Shown: positions 1 to 12,829 of the stretch, piece after piece | Layout of the letters: each line of letters opens with the position of its first letter | Numbering within the stretch: the stretch's first letter is position 1 | Assembly: GCA_964016885.1 (NCBI GenBank) | Contig: OZ024746.1 | Span: 60,636,001-60,700,000, forward strand | Length of the DNA stretch: 64,000 nucleotides | Origin: Eledone cirrhosa | Lineage: Eukaryota | Reading direction: 5' to 3' | Made by a program: the position numbers and the translations under genes | Notes under the pieces: generated by a model | Seen by the model: only the letters and a program-made list of their open reading frames with translations | The model's database searches: none | What the model was told of the DNA's origin: nothing

Positions 1-279
1 AGAGTAGACAGGGAGGGACGAGAACAGTTATTGAGAAGGTTACAAGATGTGTGACAAAAGAGCTTTAACAATTAAATAAACATCCAATTACTAAACTAAC
101 TGAGGAATGAATTTGTAATCTAACAAATTATAAATCTGAAGTGAAATTCAACTGGTGTGTGTGTATTTTTGGGGGAAGCACAAAAACCTTTGTTAAGCTA
201 TGTTCCATAGTTGTATAACTAAATCCCCATATAAATTCAAAATTATTTGAAAACCATAGGCAGTTTCTTTTTTTCAAGT

Positions 280-415
280 TGCTCTCATGGAATGACCAAA
301 TGAGGTTTATTTTTCAACATATGAAACAATGAAGAAATTAATGTATGCAAGAATTCACAGCTCTAGCATCATTCCTTCATAGGTAGCCTATGAACTTTTC
401 GGCCCACTCTCATAA
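280..415. mobile_element. Short remnant of the same mariner family
   Basis: ctctcatggaatgaccaaatgaggtttatttttcaacat matches the reverse complement of about 57014-57053; gcctatgaacttttc resembles the TIR. Confidence 0.65.
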
Positions 416-849
416 TGTAATGAAATTGTTAAAATGAATAACTACCAGTCATATCCTGGTTTTGATTCAATCTACTCCACAGTTACACACACCCACCTAT
501 TTATGCTACAAGATTTATGGCCTTTTGCCAATCAATTTAATACATCCTAATTACTTATTAATTAATTGATATCTTTCATTAAATATATTGTAATGAAAGG
601 ATCAAATGTTTTGGTATTTGTTCCAGTTCTCTGTGTTTTCATCATCATCATCATCGTTTAACATCTATCTTCCACGCTAGCATGGGTTTAGTCTTTCATT
701 ATTTCAGGGCTACTAAATGAGGCACTAGTCCAGGGATAGTGGGTTGGCAGAATTGTTAAAGAGATAGACAAGGTGCTTTACAGTATTTGTGCCAGTTCTG
801 AGCATTCTCAGTTCAATTCCTACCTCCTGTTACTGTTGAAGTAATAATA

Positions 850-1205
850 CTGCTGCCAAGATGTGCAACCAACAGATAATACCAACAATGGAAAGACCAA
901 TGGAAGATCAGCTCCTTTCTTCTGCTAGAAGTTGTAACCAACAGATAATGTCAGCAATGGAAAGACAAATGGAAGTATAGTTTCCCACTCCAATCTCACA
1001 ATCAGCTCCTTTCTTCTGCCAAGAATTAAAACTGGTAGAGAGTACCAGCAGTGGAAAGACTAATGGAAACATAATTTCCTTGGTCGAATTTCACAATCAC
1101 CCCTTCCTTCTGCTAGTTATTGTAAGAGTCAGACAGTGTCAGCAATGGAAAGACCAATGGAAAAATAGTTTCCTTGGTCCAATCTAATGATCAGCCCTTT
1201 TTCTT
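850..1205. repeat. ~90-bp degenerate tandem repeat
   Basis: About 4 copies of cagcaatggaaagac(c/t)aatggaa...atcagctcctttcttctgc. Confidence 0.8.
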
Positions 1206-1370
1206 TCCTTGATTCAATAAATCTTTATTCCATGATTATCACCATCACCATCAGCTCCACCATCGTTTTTACATTCTGCCTTCCATGTTGGCATAAATTG
1301 GATGGAAACTTTTGAGACAGTTTTTACAGTCAGATACCCTTCCTCTTGGTAATCTCTTATGATATGCATA

Positions 1371-1530
1371 GGTGGTGAATTGGCAGAGTCATTAAAATGT
1401 CGGATAAGAATGCTTTATGGTATCCATTCCAGCTCTCTACTCTCTGAGTTCAAATACTGCCATGGTCAACTTTGCCTTTCATCCTTTCGAGGTCGATAAA
1501 AAAAGTACCAGTCTAGTACTGGGGGTTGGT
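1371..1530 (+). mobile_element. Second tRNA-derived SINE family (gcctttcatcctttcgaggtcgataaa central domain, MetaSINE-like)
   Basis: tggcagagtcatt A box, gagttcaaatac B box; copies at about 10360-10520, 25750-25960, 35870-36330, 44950-46280, 58830-59030 and 62480-62690. Confidence 0.75.
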
Positions 1531-2140
1531 TCTTCCTCTATTTCTCATTTCCTCTCTCTCACTTTTTATCTTTCTCTGGAAGAAATCTTCTGTACTCGGG
1601 CCAGGAGAGGGATGGGCTCTGCCCAGGAAACGCTGTATGTCAATACAGTGCGCCTATAACTCTATCAGGAGTTATGGGACTATACATACATATATATGAT
1701 ATGCAGGGATAAATTAACTGAGGCTATGGTCAATGACACTTGACCAAGATGCTACACAGTGTGATCAAATCCAGGACCTTATGATTATAAAACAAACCTC
1801 TTAACCATGTTGCATCCACAATCAGTGTTTAGTTGTAAGGTTGTATACTGTCTTTAGTAAATTTCATTTAACTGTTAATTCTGGGAGGGAAGGGCAATAC
1901 TCATTACCATTTTCAGAATCACTAGAAACTGGTGGCAGAGATGGCACATGGCATGAATGCTTGCAAAAGATTTGACTCTGCAAAAGGCACCCAAGGATCA
2001 GACGGTGAAGTTAAAACTAAGCAACAGATTATGTCTACCACACAAGATGACCAATCATAGTAGGATTTGAACTCTAGTCTCAAAGAGCCAGATTAAATAC
2101 TGTAACACATTTCATGCAATGCTCTATCTGGGCAGGCAAC

Positions 2141-2713
2141 TTAACCATTTAGCATTTACATTACTCTATATATACTATTGTATTTTCCCGGTAAAGACTT
2201 TAGCACACATAATATCTCACATAATATTGTATCAATGAGATTTTGATATTATTTATTTTGAGAACAATACCTTAACATCAGTAAGAGTGACCAGTTACAG
2301 CAGGTCTGAACAGAAAGAGGTGAGGGGATTCCAGCCGGATACAGTCGGTTTAAATACTAATGGGTTAATTTTATCAATCCCAAAAGGATGAAAGGAAAAA
2401 GTAAGAACCACTTAAAGAGCAAAGAGCCAGAACAAATACAGCAAGGCAGAGAGGGATTTAATGAAGGCTAAAGTTCTGGGGAGCAAGAATTGAACCCTTT
2501 AGCATTTACATTACTCTATATTTACTATTATATTTTCACAGTAAAGGCTTTAACCTCACATAATTATCTCACATATCGAATCTATGAGATTTTGAAACTA
2601 TTTTGAGAACAATACCTTAACATCAATATGAGCAGCCAGTTACAGCTGGTTTGAACAGAAAGAAGTGAGAGAATTCTGGCTAGATTTGGCTGGCTTCAAT
2701 GCTAAAGGGTTAA
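2141..2713 (+). mobile_element. Two copies of a ~180-230 bp piggyBac-type MITE (2141-2368, 2491-2713)
   Basis: TTAA-CCCTTTAGCATTTA ... TAAATGCTAAAGGG-TTAA termini. Further copies at 21130-21278 (partial), 24728-24845 (partial), 24959-25180, 28251-28431, 33653-33839, 35040-35235, 38169-38396, 40588-40793, 42633-42933 (two), 44593-44809. Confidence 0.88.
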
Positions 2714-3704
2714 TGAAGAGTTGCTGTTGTTTAACACCAGGCCCGCTGATTGGAACAAAGGCATTTCAGCCATGACCAACATGCCTTTTTTGTTTTCAGA
2801 TATAGTGTATCTAGGATTACATTACACAATGTTCTAATTTATTTTTTTTCCAATATATAATCCAGTGGGATTTGAAGGATATTTAGCTACTTTTTCTAGT
2901 AGGGTAAGCAATGACGTAGAGGTTCCCTTATTGGTTCATAGTTGTTGAGATAGTGTGTTAGTGATGGTAGTAATGGTGGTGATAGAGTGGTGGTGTTGAT
3001 GGTGGTAGTGGTGTTGGTTGTAGTAGAGTGATGGTGGTGGTAGAGTGATGGGGTTGGTGGTGGTAGAGTGGTTGTATGTGTTGGTGGTGTTGGTGGTGGT
3101 GGCGGTAGTGGTGTTGGTGTTGGCGATGTTTAACGCCTCTCTAGATTCTTTGTAATTATATAAATCGACTCCATTGTAAAAACATGTTAATTTCCCCGTG
3201 TTAATTTTCACTAATATATATATTTTGATAGATAGATATGCCCTCACACACACATATATATATGTGTGTGTGTGGGTGAATGTCTATACATGCACACTAA
3301 CAAATGCTGCACCTACTTGTTACAGTTTTTTAACCAGATACTCAGTGGCTTATCAATGTTAACCTTTGACCTGACCTATTGTGGGCGGAGCTAGGTCACT
3401 GATGACGCACACTCAGTTGACCTTCTCTTCCTGTCTGACTCGCTTACTTACTCTCTCATTTTCTTTCTCAACACTTCTCTCTTTTTTGACACTCCCCCTC
3501 TTTCTCTCTCCCTTACGCACTATTTTTCAATCTTTCTTTGTCGCTTATCTGTCCATCTATAGATAGATAGATAGGAACTGAATCTTCTGGATTTTTCTAT
3601 CTGAATCACATATCTTCTCTCTCTCTTCTATCAATCGAACTACCAGTCTGTCTTCCTGAACCTGTGGCATATTACACAAACATACATCCATATATATATA
3701 TACA

Positions 3705-4030
3705 CAGTTGTCCCCCGGTTTTCGCGGGGGCTACGTTCCTAAAGCACCCACGAAGAGTGAAAAACCGCGAATATTGGACGTGGTCCATGAAAATGTCTAT
3801 AAACGTCAAAACATAACGTAAAATATAGACAGCCAAACACGGTATATTGTTATTACTAATTTGCGTTAAAAAGTGTGAAAAAAATATATTTCCACGAAAA
3901 AAGCCATTAAAAATCGCGGAAGATATTTACGATTCCGGGAATATGCGGTGGTTTCCACGAACAATTATTAGTTAGGTTTTGAGGAAAATTCCGCGAATAA
4001 CCGGGACTGCGAATACCGGAGGGTACACTA
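3705..4030. mobile_element. Tigger/pogo-type MITE
   Basis: cagttgtcccccggttttcgcg ... gcgaataccggagggtacact in TA context; repeated ccgcgaata subterminal motifs. Confidence 0.75.
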
Positions 4031-4286
4031 TATATATTCGTGTGGAAAGTAGTTTTATTGCAGCGAGTGAGATCTGGTCTTGATCAACAAAAGAACTTTA
4101 CATTAAAACATTCTAATCTCTTCACCCCACTCTTTATTTAACTTTGTCTCTCTCTTTTTTCTGTCTTTCTTACTGTTTCTCTCTCCCTTTCTCTGTGTAT
4201 GTTTCTTCCTGTTTTTCTTACTGTTTGTTTGTCACACTTTCTATGTTACTCTCGTTTCTGTCTTTCACTTTCTATATGTTAATTTC

Positions 4287-4322
<36 letters not shown>

Positions 4323-5407
4323 TTCTTATCTCTCCCTCCCCTCCACCTCTCTCTCACACACACTCTTTCTCTCTCCCGACATGACAGTAACGGGCAATCA
4401 ATGGGCGATGACGCGTTACAACTCATGTGAGTCTGCGATAGGCGTGCGGGTTCAATTCGAGCAACGAGATAGTTTGTATACCTGCAATTTCCAATCATTT
4501 GCCCATAGCCTGCTGTACACAGTGTAGCGTAGAGAGTGAAGAATAATATATTTCGTCTACAATAGAAAATATAGATTTATTAGGGAACAAAAGTATACAA
4601 GGGCGGTGCCCCAGCATGGCCTCAGCCGGATAGCTGGAACAGGTAAAAGAATAAAAGAATGATGAAAAATAAATTTTTTTAAAGGATTTTATAAAAAGAA
4701 CAGGGAGAGAAAAAACGGTTGGATTAGTCAATTTTAAATAAGGGGGGGAAACGGGTAGGGAGGGAGCAAATTCTACATTCATGATTGGGCGTTACACCTC
4801 AGCTGTGCCACAGAGAACAGCCAAATTAAGATGACTTTCAGTCATTACATGGAAATAAATTTCTTTAACTGTCAGTCAACGAGCCCTTAAAATATTTCAA
4901 AGCATCTCTTTCTTTTTCGTTTTCTTTCTTTCCAAACACACGCACATACATAAATATATTAATTTAAAAAATACCGAAGTTTCAAGGCATTGTCAAACTG
5001 ACATATGTTTCTGCCGGCTTAAAATCTCCACCCTTGGGCCATAGTATTACAATTCCAAAATTTTATAATTTTATAACTTAATCCACAGGTGTTGGTTCAG
5101 AGTTGGAATCATCAGAGTTTATTTATGCATCATCAATATTTCACATAGGTTAAAAGTTCATTACTTTAAAGTACTCATTTATCGCGGTAACAGATTACAG
5201 GAATAAAAAAAAAACTTTAAAAATTCCAAAAATTTCAAAGAATTTTTTAACAAGCAGTTTCAAAAATAATTTCAAAACAATAACTTCAAAAATCCATTCA
5301 AAAATAGTTCAAGGTTAGCAGTGCTGGAGGGATGAGAAGAGCCCGGAAAAGTTTCCTTGAGCTCATTAAATTACAGGGATTAATGCGAGTTACTCCGTTG
5401 CTTCATT

Positions 5408-5478
<71 letters not shown>

Positions 5479-5979
5479 GGCTGCACCTCAATTTCAAGAA
5501 TTATGATCTCTTGACATTTTTCTCATAAATAGATGGCATGACTTTTTAGTCCCTGTCAAGTACTTAGATTCCTTTATGTATAGGCTGCAGCGAAAAAAAA
5601 GAAAAAAATGAAAAGGCCATCCTCATGCAATACATGTGAAAGTCGTTTAGATCAAGCGATGCCAGTGCTTGAAGTTTTTTTTAGATGAAGAAAGGTCTTG
5701 CACTGGATCAATCAGACTCTCTAGAATGGTGACAGATATCCAAAAAGAAGAACAGGTTAACATCATTGACCGCCACTGAGGTCGCAGGTTTTACAGCAGT
5801 TTTCCTTCTAGAATGATGTCCTAACAAGAACTAGTGGTCTCTCACTACACACACACGCACATATATGCATATACACATACATACACACACACATGATGGG
5901 CTTCTGTACAGTTTCTGTCCACCAAATTTTACTAACAAAGCGTTGGTCAGCTTGAGGCTATAGTAGAATATACTTGCCT

Positions 5980-6640
5980 TCGAGGAACTCACTGTTGAAG
6001 TTGACAGTTACAGGGTCAAAAAAGCAATCAGGAAAGTGAAAAATGAAGGAGCTGCTGGACTATGAGATAGTCGGCGAGGTACTGAAATCATCAGGTGAAG
6101 TAGTAGTTGAGGTAGTCACCTGCATAGTTAATCAGGTAAAACATAGTGTTGTAGCCAATAACTGGCATAGCAGAAGAGAAAAGGTGATGCTCTATAGAAA
6201 TGAGCAGATACAGATGGATCATGTTGTGAATGTGACAGAATTTTAGCATAACTAATTAGGAAGTAAAATTAAATTAGATGCAGTTTGGTTTTGTGCCAGG
6301 AAGGAGTACCACATATGCCATCTGTTTATGCTTTGATGGATACGTAATGTTAATGTGCATGAACAGTGAAATATGAATGAAGAGAGATTGTGTTGGTATG
6401 GTCATGTGATGTGTATGGGTGATGATGATTGCGTGAAAATGTGCAGGAGTTCTCAGTAGAAGGCCAAAGAAAACTTGGGCAGAAGTAGTGAGAATGGATC
6501 TTAAAATGCTGAACTTAATAGAGGAAATGATGAGGGAACACAATGAGTTGCAGGAAGCTGTACTGGAAAAGACCCAGCCAACCCATGCAAGCATGGAGAA
6601 ACAGATGTAAAAAGGACGATGATGTTGAAGAGGATGATAA
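5980..6640 (+). mobile_element. Degenerate, internally deleted RTE LINE fragment
   Basis: MQFGFVPGRSTTYAI, WYGHVM, RPKKTWAEVVRMDLK; same 3' tail as other copies. Confidence 0.8.
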
Positions 6641-6810
6641 TGATATATATATACATTGATATTTACACAATAATATGTAGGTTACTGTCTGGTTTCACAT
6701 CTCAACAGATCATTCTATTGGAGATAATACAGCTCCACCTTTGCTCAGCATTCACCAGGACTTAATGTGTAATATCATAATAATTGTGATATAACACATT
6801 AAGTAACAAC

Positions 6811-6955
6811 CAGTGCTGGATTTAGGACAAATGAAGCCTTGTGCTAGTTAAGTTATGAGGCCCCTTACTTGGGCCCTGAAGGAGGTAAAAAATGTTTACC
6901 TCCTTTAAGGCCCTGTGCTTAAGGACATCTAAGCACAATGGTAAATCCGTCACTG
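6811..6955. mobile_element. hAT-type MITE with perfect 8-bp TSD
   Basis: TIRs cagtgctggattta / taaatccgtcactg; TSD gtaacaac at 6803-6810 and 6956-6963. Confidence 0.9.
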
Positions 6956-8214
6956 GTAACAACATAGCTCTTCTACTGATGTAGATCTCTCTTTCTCTCA
7001 CCACTGGTTGCACATATATTATTTCTAATGATAAAAGCGGACACTCAACTTTACATGCCTACAGTTCCAACTGAAAGCACCAACACCATATTCAAGTAAA
7101 AACAAACCCGGCAAACCCACCAACAATCAGAAGACATATCAATTTCAATAGAACATGCGATGTAATATAACACTGAATCCTCATTATCGTTTAGCGTCTG
7201 TTTTGACTGCTAGCAAGAGTTGGATGGGTATGTGAAAGACAATTAAAGGATATTATGTATTTCAATATGTCTATTGAAAACCATCTCAGAGATTCGACAA
7301 TTATACACACACCCTACACCACACATGGGCACCGACACACATATACTCACACTCACACACACACACATATATATATACACACACACAGACCATAATCGGT
7401 ATGAAGGCTAATCTATTGTATTCTTATTATTGTTCATTAGTGACAGTAAATTAAGAATTAATTTTAAAATTAAAATAATTAATCTGTATTATGAAGATTA
7501 AATGTCTAAATACCAAGGATAATTTGTTATTGATAAAATTGGAAAATTAAAATTTTCAAACAATTAACCTCATTTTCACAGCGTATAATTTACAATATTT
7601 ATATCACGAAAGCGTGTGGCTTAGTGGTCAAGGTGCTTGGTTAATAATCGTAAGGATTTGATGTCTATTATTGGCATCCCATTGTCTCCTTGAGCAGAAC
7701 ATTTTATTTCACGTACCTCATCCATTCAGCAGGGGAAAAAATAGGTTATACCTGTAATTCAAGGGATCAGTTAGTGACACATTGTGCCGTAATATATCTC
7801 CCTGAAAATAACGTTAATGGTACACGTATTTGTGGAATACTCAGCCATTTGTAGGCTGTATCATCATTTAACGTATGGTAGCATAGGGTGGACAGGCCAC
7901 CACAGAGAAGTTAGTCCCTGAAGCCATTATTCTCACAGACGATACAGGGCTGCATCTTGATTACATAAGCTACTATTTTTTAGAGAGTGTACTGGGTGCA
8001 TTTTATCGTAGCATCATTAATAAGGAGGTTGCCTTACCTTTGACACAGCTGAAGAATCATCTCAAACCACTGTTTGGCAAGTTTTCTGTGGCTGGACACC
8101 CCTCTTAATACCAACAACTTTCTCATCTTTACAGTGTATATATATATATACTAGTAACAACAGTGATAGAGTGTATATATTTACAATATATATCTGTCTA
8201 CAATATCAACATCG

Positions 8215-9230
8215 CTACCTAGGTGAATTAATTAACAATGGAAGAGAGAGCTCCGAGAGCATAATAGCTAGAATAAGGATAGGATGGAAGAAGTTTAGAG
8301 AGCTACTTTCACTGTTGACAACAAAAGGTTTCTTCCTACGTACAAAAGGATGGCTGTATGATGCATGTGTGCGAAGTACGATGTTGCATGGTAGTGAGAT
8401 ATGGGTTGTGACTGCAGAAGACATGCATTGGTTGGAGAAAAATGAAGCAACCATGCTTCGTTGGATGTGCAATGTAAATCTGAGAGAAAGGCAGAGCTTG
8501 GATGGAATAAGGAAGAAACTGAGTTTTTAGAGGAACCAGTAGTGGTGTGCAAGAGAGGAGACTGCGTTGGTAAGGACATATGATGCTCATAGATGACGAT
8601 CGCTGAGTGAAGAAGTACCAGGTCATTCCAGTGGAAGGAAGCCCAAGGAAGATATATGGGGAGGTGGTAAAAGATGATCTCAAATCGATGAAACTCACTG
8701 AGGAGATGGCAAAGGAAATGAGACAAGTGGAGAGATGTGCTGAAAAGGACCTGTCCAACCCATGTAAGCATGGAAAATAGATGTTAAACGTAGATGATGA
8801 TGATGAAGAGGATAATATTTGTACCTTATGTTTAGAGTATATATTTACAATATCTCTAACAGCGTGTGAAGTTGCATAGTAATGAGACATGTAGTGAATG
8901 CAGAAGATATGCGAAGGCTATTGAGAAATGAATCGACCATACTCTATTGGATGTGTAATGTTAGTGTTCATTGAGCTGAGAGAAAAACTGAGTATGAGAG
9001 AAATCAGATGTAGTGTGGAAGAGGGAAAATTGCGCTGGTATGGACATGTAACGCAAATGCTTGATGATCGTTGGATGAAGAGATCTCAGTGGAAAGTAAC
9101 TGCAGGAACGATGAGAGCTGATCTTGGAATCCTGAATGTCATAAAGGAGTTGAAGAAATACAAATAGAAAGAACCTGCAACCCATGCAAGTATAGAAAAA
9201 CGCATGTAAAATGATGATTGTGGTAGAGGT
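8215..9230 (+). mobile_element. Two RTE LINE 3'-end fragments with (GAT)n tails
   Basis: ARIRIGWKKFRELL...LYDACVRSTMLHGSEIW...MLRWMCNV; LRWYGHV; tail catgtaagcatggaaaatagatgttaaac+gatgatgat. Confidence 0.88.
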
Positions 9231-9578
9231 GGTGCTGGTGGTGATGGCGATGATGTTTCGTTTCTAAAATCTAGAAATTAATTTGCTTCTAAATTAAAAT
9301 GTGTATAATGACTTGCCGACAATGGTTGCATGTGTGGATGAATGGATAGATAGACAAACAAATGGAATAATGAATGAATGGACGGAGGGATAAGTGGGTA
9401 GATGCACAGAGATCCATAGTTGTATGGAGAAAACTGAAGACTTCTTGGTAAATACTTCTATGGTGGCATCTCTTGTGAGATTGTGTATGTGTAGTAGGTA
9501 ACAACAGTGTGTGTGTTGCCGGTGATAAATAACATTGAGTGTGTGTGATCAGATGGGCTGTTTCAAGTGACCGTAGAG

Positions 9579-9650
<72 letters not shown>

Positions 9651-10831
9651 CTGGTAGAAACAGAGAGAGTGAGAGACAGAGAAACAAATGTTTATCTCTC
9701 TCCTGTCTCTTCCATACCATTTCATCAACTACAGGAATTCTTCCAGAAAAATCGGTCAAGTGCAACTGAACAATAGATTTACTGCACACATGTGTGTGTT
9801 TTAATCCATTACACTTTCTATCTCCCTCTCTCTGTATACTTTCTTTGTCTTTTACTCTATTACATTTCTCTTTCTTACTATCTTATGTGTATACATGTAT
9901 ATATAAATATATATATGTGTGTGTGTAGACATAATCCGTCTGATGATTTAGCTCTGATTCCTAACATCAATCCTATCTACAAAACTGACAGACATTAAGT
10001 AGCTTTCAACTGTCTCACATATCACAGCCCACCATTCCACGCTACAAGTTATCTCCCTTCTCTACATTCTTCTCCGTTTCTGTCTCACCATCGCTCTTTC
10101 TCCTGTCCCAATCTTACTTTCTCACACGCTCTTCTCTCCATCGCTCTCTTTCTCTATTTCTTGTCTCACTATCGCTTGACCCCCCCCTCTCTTTCTTCTG
10201 AACGTCTATCTCTCTATCACACTCTTTTTTCTTCTCTCTTCTTAAGCATTACTGGATGGGTCTGGTTGGAAAGTCTTTGAATCAAAAGTCTGCTTGGTCT
10301 GGGTTGTCACAGGAGCTAAACAACAACAATAATATAATTTCTGATAGAGATACAAGGCCAAACGTTTTCGTGTGGTTGGAGGTCGAGTAGATTGATACCA
10401 GTGTTTAACTGGAGTCATTTTATTGGACTTCGAAGAACGAAAGATCAAAGTCGACCTTGGTGGGATTTGAACCAACAACTTAGAGTAATGAAACACTTGT
10501 AAAACGTGCTCCACCGCTTTTCTATTCAATTGACGGAAACTGTGGAAGCCCATCGGATGAATTGTACCTGCAATTAAAAAGCCCAGCCTTGTCACATATT
10601 GTGTCACGCTAATCTGGCTTGGAAAATTACGTTAATGGGTACACGTGTCTGTGGAATACTCAATCACTTACACATACATTTACGAGCTGGACATTCAGAT
10701 GATCGAACGACTGAATGTTCATCGTTAAAACCAACGGGGATCCCATCATAACATAGAAACACGGTCTTATATTTCGAGAAGGGCATCCAGTCAGTTATAT
10801 CAACTGTAGTTGACGGAATGATGAAACGAAT

Positions 10832-11095
10832 AGGCTATGTAGCCGGTAAACCCTAAAGGGATGCAACACACATCGCTATAGTGTTTCACCAGTCCCTTCC
10901 TTCTGTTGTATATCTGTTTATGTATTTACGTGTAGATGTGTGTGTATGTAATTAAAGCGTAACGTACGTGACGAATGGATAACTAAATGATTTTAACTTG
11001 TTTTTTTTTAACAATTGATGGTGGAAAAGATTTCAAATTGTCTTAACTCGAGCCGCAACTCATGGTGTCTGACATTCTTACCGGCTACATAGCCT
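10832..11095. mobile_element. Unclassified MITE-like element with perfect 18-bp TIRs
   Basis: aggctatgtagccggtaa (10832-10849) / ttaccggctacatagcct (11078-11095). Confidence 0.7.
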
Positions 11096-11451
11096 CTTCC
11101 ATGATGAAAGGCAAACTGGATCTCGACCGAACTGAACTAAGAACCTACACTACAATACTCTTACTATTCAGCCGCCCTTGTTTGTATTATAATGGATTCT
11201 ATTGATTAGACGGACGGGGCATACTGACATACATATATATATACTTATTTATATTTACTCACAGACATACGTGTGTATGTATGAATATAGACACGGTTCG
11301 ATTCCTGTAGACAGTTCTGCCAATTCCACCCACCTCCGTTATGTTTCGCATATATTAATTGACGAAATCATTAGGTAAGCTTATTCTAAAAAATCTTAAC
11401 CATATTATGTGTGTGTGTATATATACACACACATACGTGTTTCGTAAATTA

Positions 11452-11509
<58 letters not shown>

Positions 11510-11523
11510 AAAATCTCGACATA

Positions 11524-11744
11524 TACGAGGGGATACTGAAAAGTTCCTGGCTTTCGGTAAAAGAAAATACCGGAGGATCAGTTAATTATGATTTTATTCT
11601 ACATATTCCCCTCTCAGATTCACACACTTATTACAGCGGTCCTTCAGATTTTTTAAGTCCTGCAAAAAGAACTCGGAAGGTTGGGCCTCCAGTCAAGCCT
11701 CTGTAGTAGCAATCAAGCCAGGAGCTTTTCAGCATCTCCTCGTA
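11524..11744. mobile_element. Mariner-type MITE
   Basis: TA-flanked TIRs tacgaggggatactgaaaagttcctggctt / aagccaggagcttttcagcatctcctcgta. Confidence 0.88.
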
Positions 11745-11782
11745 TTGAATACCCTTTTTAACTGTAGTTACACCCCCACCCC

Positions 11783-11814
<32 letters not shown>

Positions 11815-12829
11815 CCCCATGGGGGTGGGGGTGTAACTACAGTTAAAAAGGGTATTCAATACGTTGGTAGAGTATAGGCATCTTTGTATAATAAAAAATT
11901 ACTTTTACAGGACCAAAACTGTTTCATGAAATCATCAGGAATTTCCTGATGTTCATACAAACGAAACAGTTTTAGTCCTGTAGAAGTCATTATATATATG
12001 TATATATATACATATATATATATATTGAAGTGGGTGTTTTAAGTACTAGTGTACTTAAACATTCAAGCAGTAACTGAATGAGCACTCAATATATGTGAGC
12101 AGTGTAAGATTTATTTTCTGAAGAGAGAGGTAGCAATTAAATATAAATATATATATTCACACACATGTATATATATATATATATATAGTGTGTGTATGTG
12201 AACAACACATAGATCTCCAGAAGACGTATTCACATACATAGAAGCGGGCAACTAGTAGTGTTTCGGTCACATCAGACAAAGAACGGAACGAAGAAGGCAG
12301 GGTTTGTCAATGAGCCAAGGGCTCGTCCTTGACTCCACATATATCGTCGCCATAATGGTAGACAACTGACAGTGTAAGGCTCAGCAGCTATTGCTACACA
12401 TGCGCACACACCCTCACACGTATCTACGTCAGAGATGACATGACCTAGTAACCATGACAACTGCGGAGTGAGGCAGGACGAGAGTGATGGCGGTAGTGTG
12501 AGAATCTGTGGAGTGTAGAGTATAGAGTATGAGTGGCGACAAAGTATTTTATATGCTGCAACAGTTTGGAGTGGAGTTTGCTGTTGCTATGGAGATGTAG
12601 ACAGAATGTTCTCGTGTTGAGTTATAGTCATGACTTGTAGTTGATGTTGTTTAGATCTCTGGTCCTCCTGTCCCTTTTTAACACAGTGTATCTAGAACCA
12701 CATTATCTAATGTGTCCTTACTTTTTAACACCATGGTAGAGTATGATTTGAGGGAGATTTTGTTGGTATTTCTAGCATGACGAACGACTGCACATGAGCC
12801 TCTTCCCGTTTGTTATGAAGTGGGGGTGT

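Noticed and set aside
2936-3253. Thr/His-rich 105-aa ORF
   Set aside because: Mostly degenerate (GGT)n microsatellite; no recognisable homology or splice support
12272-12353. ATGGCG-initiated short minus-strand frame (MATIYVESRTSPW...)
   Set aside because: Stops after 28 codons with no convincing donor; not callable as a first coding exon
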